This document shows positions 61,655-64,000 of a DNA stretch of 64,000 bases, piece by piece (position 1 is the first letter of the stretch; each line of letters begins with the position of its first letter). The DNA comes from Azolla caroliniana. Its lineage: Eukaryota; Plantae; Polypodiophyta. Position numbers and translations under genes: made by a program. The notes under the pieces are model-generated. The model had not been told where the DNA came from, ran no database searches, and was given only the letters and a program-made list of their open reading frames with translations. The stretch lies in assembly GCA_043228905.1 (NCBI GenBank), contig JBHGNT010000004.1, forward strand, positions 15,128,001 to 15,192,000. The letters run 5' to 3'.

Positions 61655-62049
61655 ATGCTCGATGGGATGTGAGGTGTCGTCACTGGTTACCCTCGGTTAT
61701 TCCGGTTTCTCCAAATATGAGAACCACTCTTCGTGGCTCATTATGTGGTTTGACGCTCCGGAATCGACATACTAGACCTCATTCGATTTCGAGGTGCTCG
61801 TCTTCATCGAGTTGGCCTTGTGCTTCATCACAAAGTTTAGGCCCTTTCCAATTTGCTCTTAGCCTTCCACTTAGTGTGACTGCTGTTGAGTTCCTTGTTC
61901 GGCTCTGCTCGATCCGGATTTGTCCTAATCGGCCCTCTTCTTCCAGCACTCGCTTTTTTTGTGGCCTTTCTGAGCACAATACTAGCATTCCATCTCAACC
62001 TTTCCATTGCCAATTTTTGGCGCACATGACTCCTCCTGCTTGTGGAAGT

Positions 62050-62400
62050 TCTGGAACTGCTACTGACATGTCGATTATGCCTATGATTTTGCTCTTGTCG
62101 GCCGCCACCATTGCATGTCGATCCACCTCATCCTCCACGACCACAGGGCCGATCCGCCTCCGTGTACAGCATTCGGCTATCCGATTGTGTGCAACTTGAC
62201 ACTACCACATGGTTCTTTTTGACCATAAGTATCGATTGCAGGTTGAAAAATGAATGTCGCTTCTGCCTTGTGCAGATAGCCGTCCGTATCACCCCGTACC
62301 TCTAAGCTAGACCACCGAGGCAAATCTACACCATTTCATCTTCGTCCACCGTCACATTGATGAACCCCATGGCATCACAAATTTCCTTGATTTTGGTGTT
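62050..62400 (-). pseudogene. Copia gag fragment
   Basis: Minus-strand translation KIKEICDAMGFINVTVDEDEMV*ICLGGLA*RYG...LQSILM, typical of copia gag. Confidence 0.65.
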
Positions 62401-62415
62401 TTAATCTATCACCAT

Positions 62416-63004
62416 TGTTAAGCGTTGGGATCACACCACGACCGGTAATGAAGAAGAGCGCACTGACAAGGACGTAGTATGGCTAAAGGACCTACGAAGA
62501 CGGAATGGCAAGAGGAAAGAGGACTAAGGGACACCCAAGTGTGAAAGGTCCACACCCTAAATGTAAATGCTATATAAACCACATAGTGGTGGCTTTGTAA
62601 GAACCTATCTCCCTATTGAGTAAGAGCTAGAGCTTCCTCTCCTCCTTGTAACCTTTAAGCTTAAGAGAGATTAGTGAAGTGTTTAGTTAGAGAACACTAA
62701 TCTCTCTTCCTTGTTGGTGCTAGACCTCTTAGCAAAGAGGGTTAATAAAATATTCATTACTCTTATTGTCTACATTCATTACCCTATTGTCTATGAGAGC
62801 GAGCTTGAGAGAGTGAGAGAGATATTGTGCTTAATCATGTACTAATCATTAAGTGAGTGTGAGGCTCGGAGGTGTCCGACAACTACCTCCTCCCGATTCA
62901 TCATCAAAAGGGTATACGCCGGTCCGAGCTACGTGAACGACATCGAGGAGTTAACTCCATCAATACATAGATCTTACACATCTATTTGGCGCCACTACCG
63001 GGGA
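62416..63004 (+). mobile_element. LTR (~62416-62980) followed by Athila-type PBS
   Basis: TGTTAAG start, TATA-like TATATAAA at ~62571, ...TTACACA end, then TGGCGCCACTACCGGGGA (degenerate TGGCGCCGTTGCCGGGGA) at 62987-63004. Confidence 0.65.
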
Positions 63005-63254
63005 TACGACAAACGCTTGAAGCCGACTTCGAGTGGTCAAACACTTGTAGGCAACCCACTTAACGAGCGAAGAAATAAAAAGGAAACCACTATTTGTGTT
63101 AATTAAAATACTCGCTATTTCACATTTTAATTAAGTTAATTTTCTTTTTTTTTAGTTTTAATTTACCCTTCCTTAATCACCCAGACATTAGCAAGCTATT
63201 CGTTCGGTTAACGCTAAGCATTGTTGTGGCGCCAAAAAATTCAAATTTCCCACT

Positions 63255-63535
63255 CAAAATTCGTCAAAAGATACGAGTTCGATAAAGGAAGCATCCTTCG
63301 ACAAAAGATCAAAGTTTGTCAAACCCACATCTTTCGACAAACCTGCATCCTTCCACGAAAGGTCAAAGTTCGACGAACCCACATCCTTCGACGAACCCAT
63401 ATCTTTCGACGAAAGGTCAAAGTTTTCCAAACCCTTATCTTTCGACGAACCCACATCCTTTGATGAAAGATCAAAGTTCGACGAACCCACATCCTTTGAC
63501 GAAAGATCAAAGTTCGACGAACCCACATCTTTCTA
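63255..63535. repeat. ~36-bp minisatellite
   Basis: Repeats of AAAGATCAAAGTTCGACGAACCCACATCCTT(C/T)GACG. Confidence 0.85.
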
Positions 63536-63539
63536 TGTC

Positions 63540-64000
63540 TTCAGTCCTTGATTGAAGTTGTGGTATTCGAACCACAAGTAAATCTTCCCTACTCATTTCT
63601 GATTCCCAAGTCAACACAACCCATGTAGTTATCTTTTCTTCAATTGGCATTATTGGCTTCTGTCCTGTGATTAATTCTGCAGGCATATATCCAGTAACAG
63701 TGCTGTGAGTTGTCCTATCAGCCCATTGTGCATAGGGTAAGGTTTTTGGCCAATCACTAACCTGTCCTCTACATGCCTTTGCCAAAGCTTTGACTATTGG
63801 CCCATGTCCCCTTTCTACCTTTCCATTAGCTTCTGGATTGTACGTCGTTGTCAAAGAAATCCGAATTCCTATTTTGTCGAAAAATCTTGAGCTTCCGCAG
63901 AATTGAGTTCTCCCCTATTTGCCACTATCTTCCCGGTACATCCATATCTACAAACAATGTCCTCCAAGATGAATTGACATACTCCTAATGTCCCTTTTGT
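63540..64000 (-). pseudogene. Ty3/gypsy integrase core fragment
   Basis: TTTYNPEANGKVERGHGPIVKAL...WADRTTHSTVTGYMPAEL. Runs off the window. Confidence 0.8.

Overview
Eukaryotic plant genomic DNA, probably a fern or other non-seed plant (inference from the retroelement repertoire). Most of the window is nested transposons. It holds several Ty1/copia elements: one intact, very young Tork/Tnt1-like copy at 48545-54057 with 699-bp near-identical LTRs and a 1357-aa ORF, plus older decayed and nested copies. It also holds two decayed, related non-chromovirus Ty3/gypsy elements with an extra 3' ORF, several RTE/RTEX-like LINEs with microsatellite tails, and a non-autonomous hAT element. One host gene is visible: the 3' exons (21328-25155, +) of a HIZ2/At5g53440-like protein, a putative m6A-writer accessory subunit. 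The most unusual observation concerns both gypsy elements. Each lacks a polypurine tract next to the 3' LTR and has instead a conserved tRNA-Arg 3'-half mimic (T-arm with an inserted hairpin, ending CCA or CTA). In the one element whose primer-binding site survives, the mimic is complementary to it. Also notable are an apparent intron splitting the gag ATG in one copia copy but absent from its sister copy, a conserved LINE 3' stem-loop with insertion into GA microsatellites, and tRNA/SINE-like tandem repeats inside the hAT element. All coordinates were read by eye; no database searches were run.
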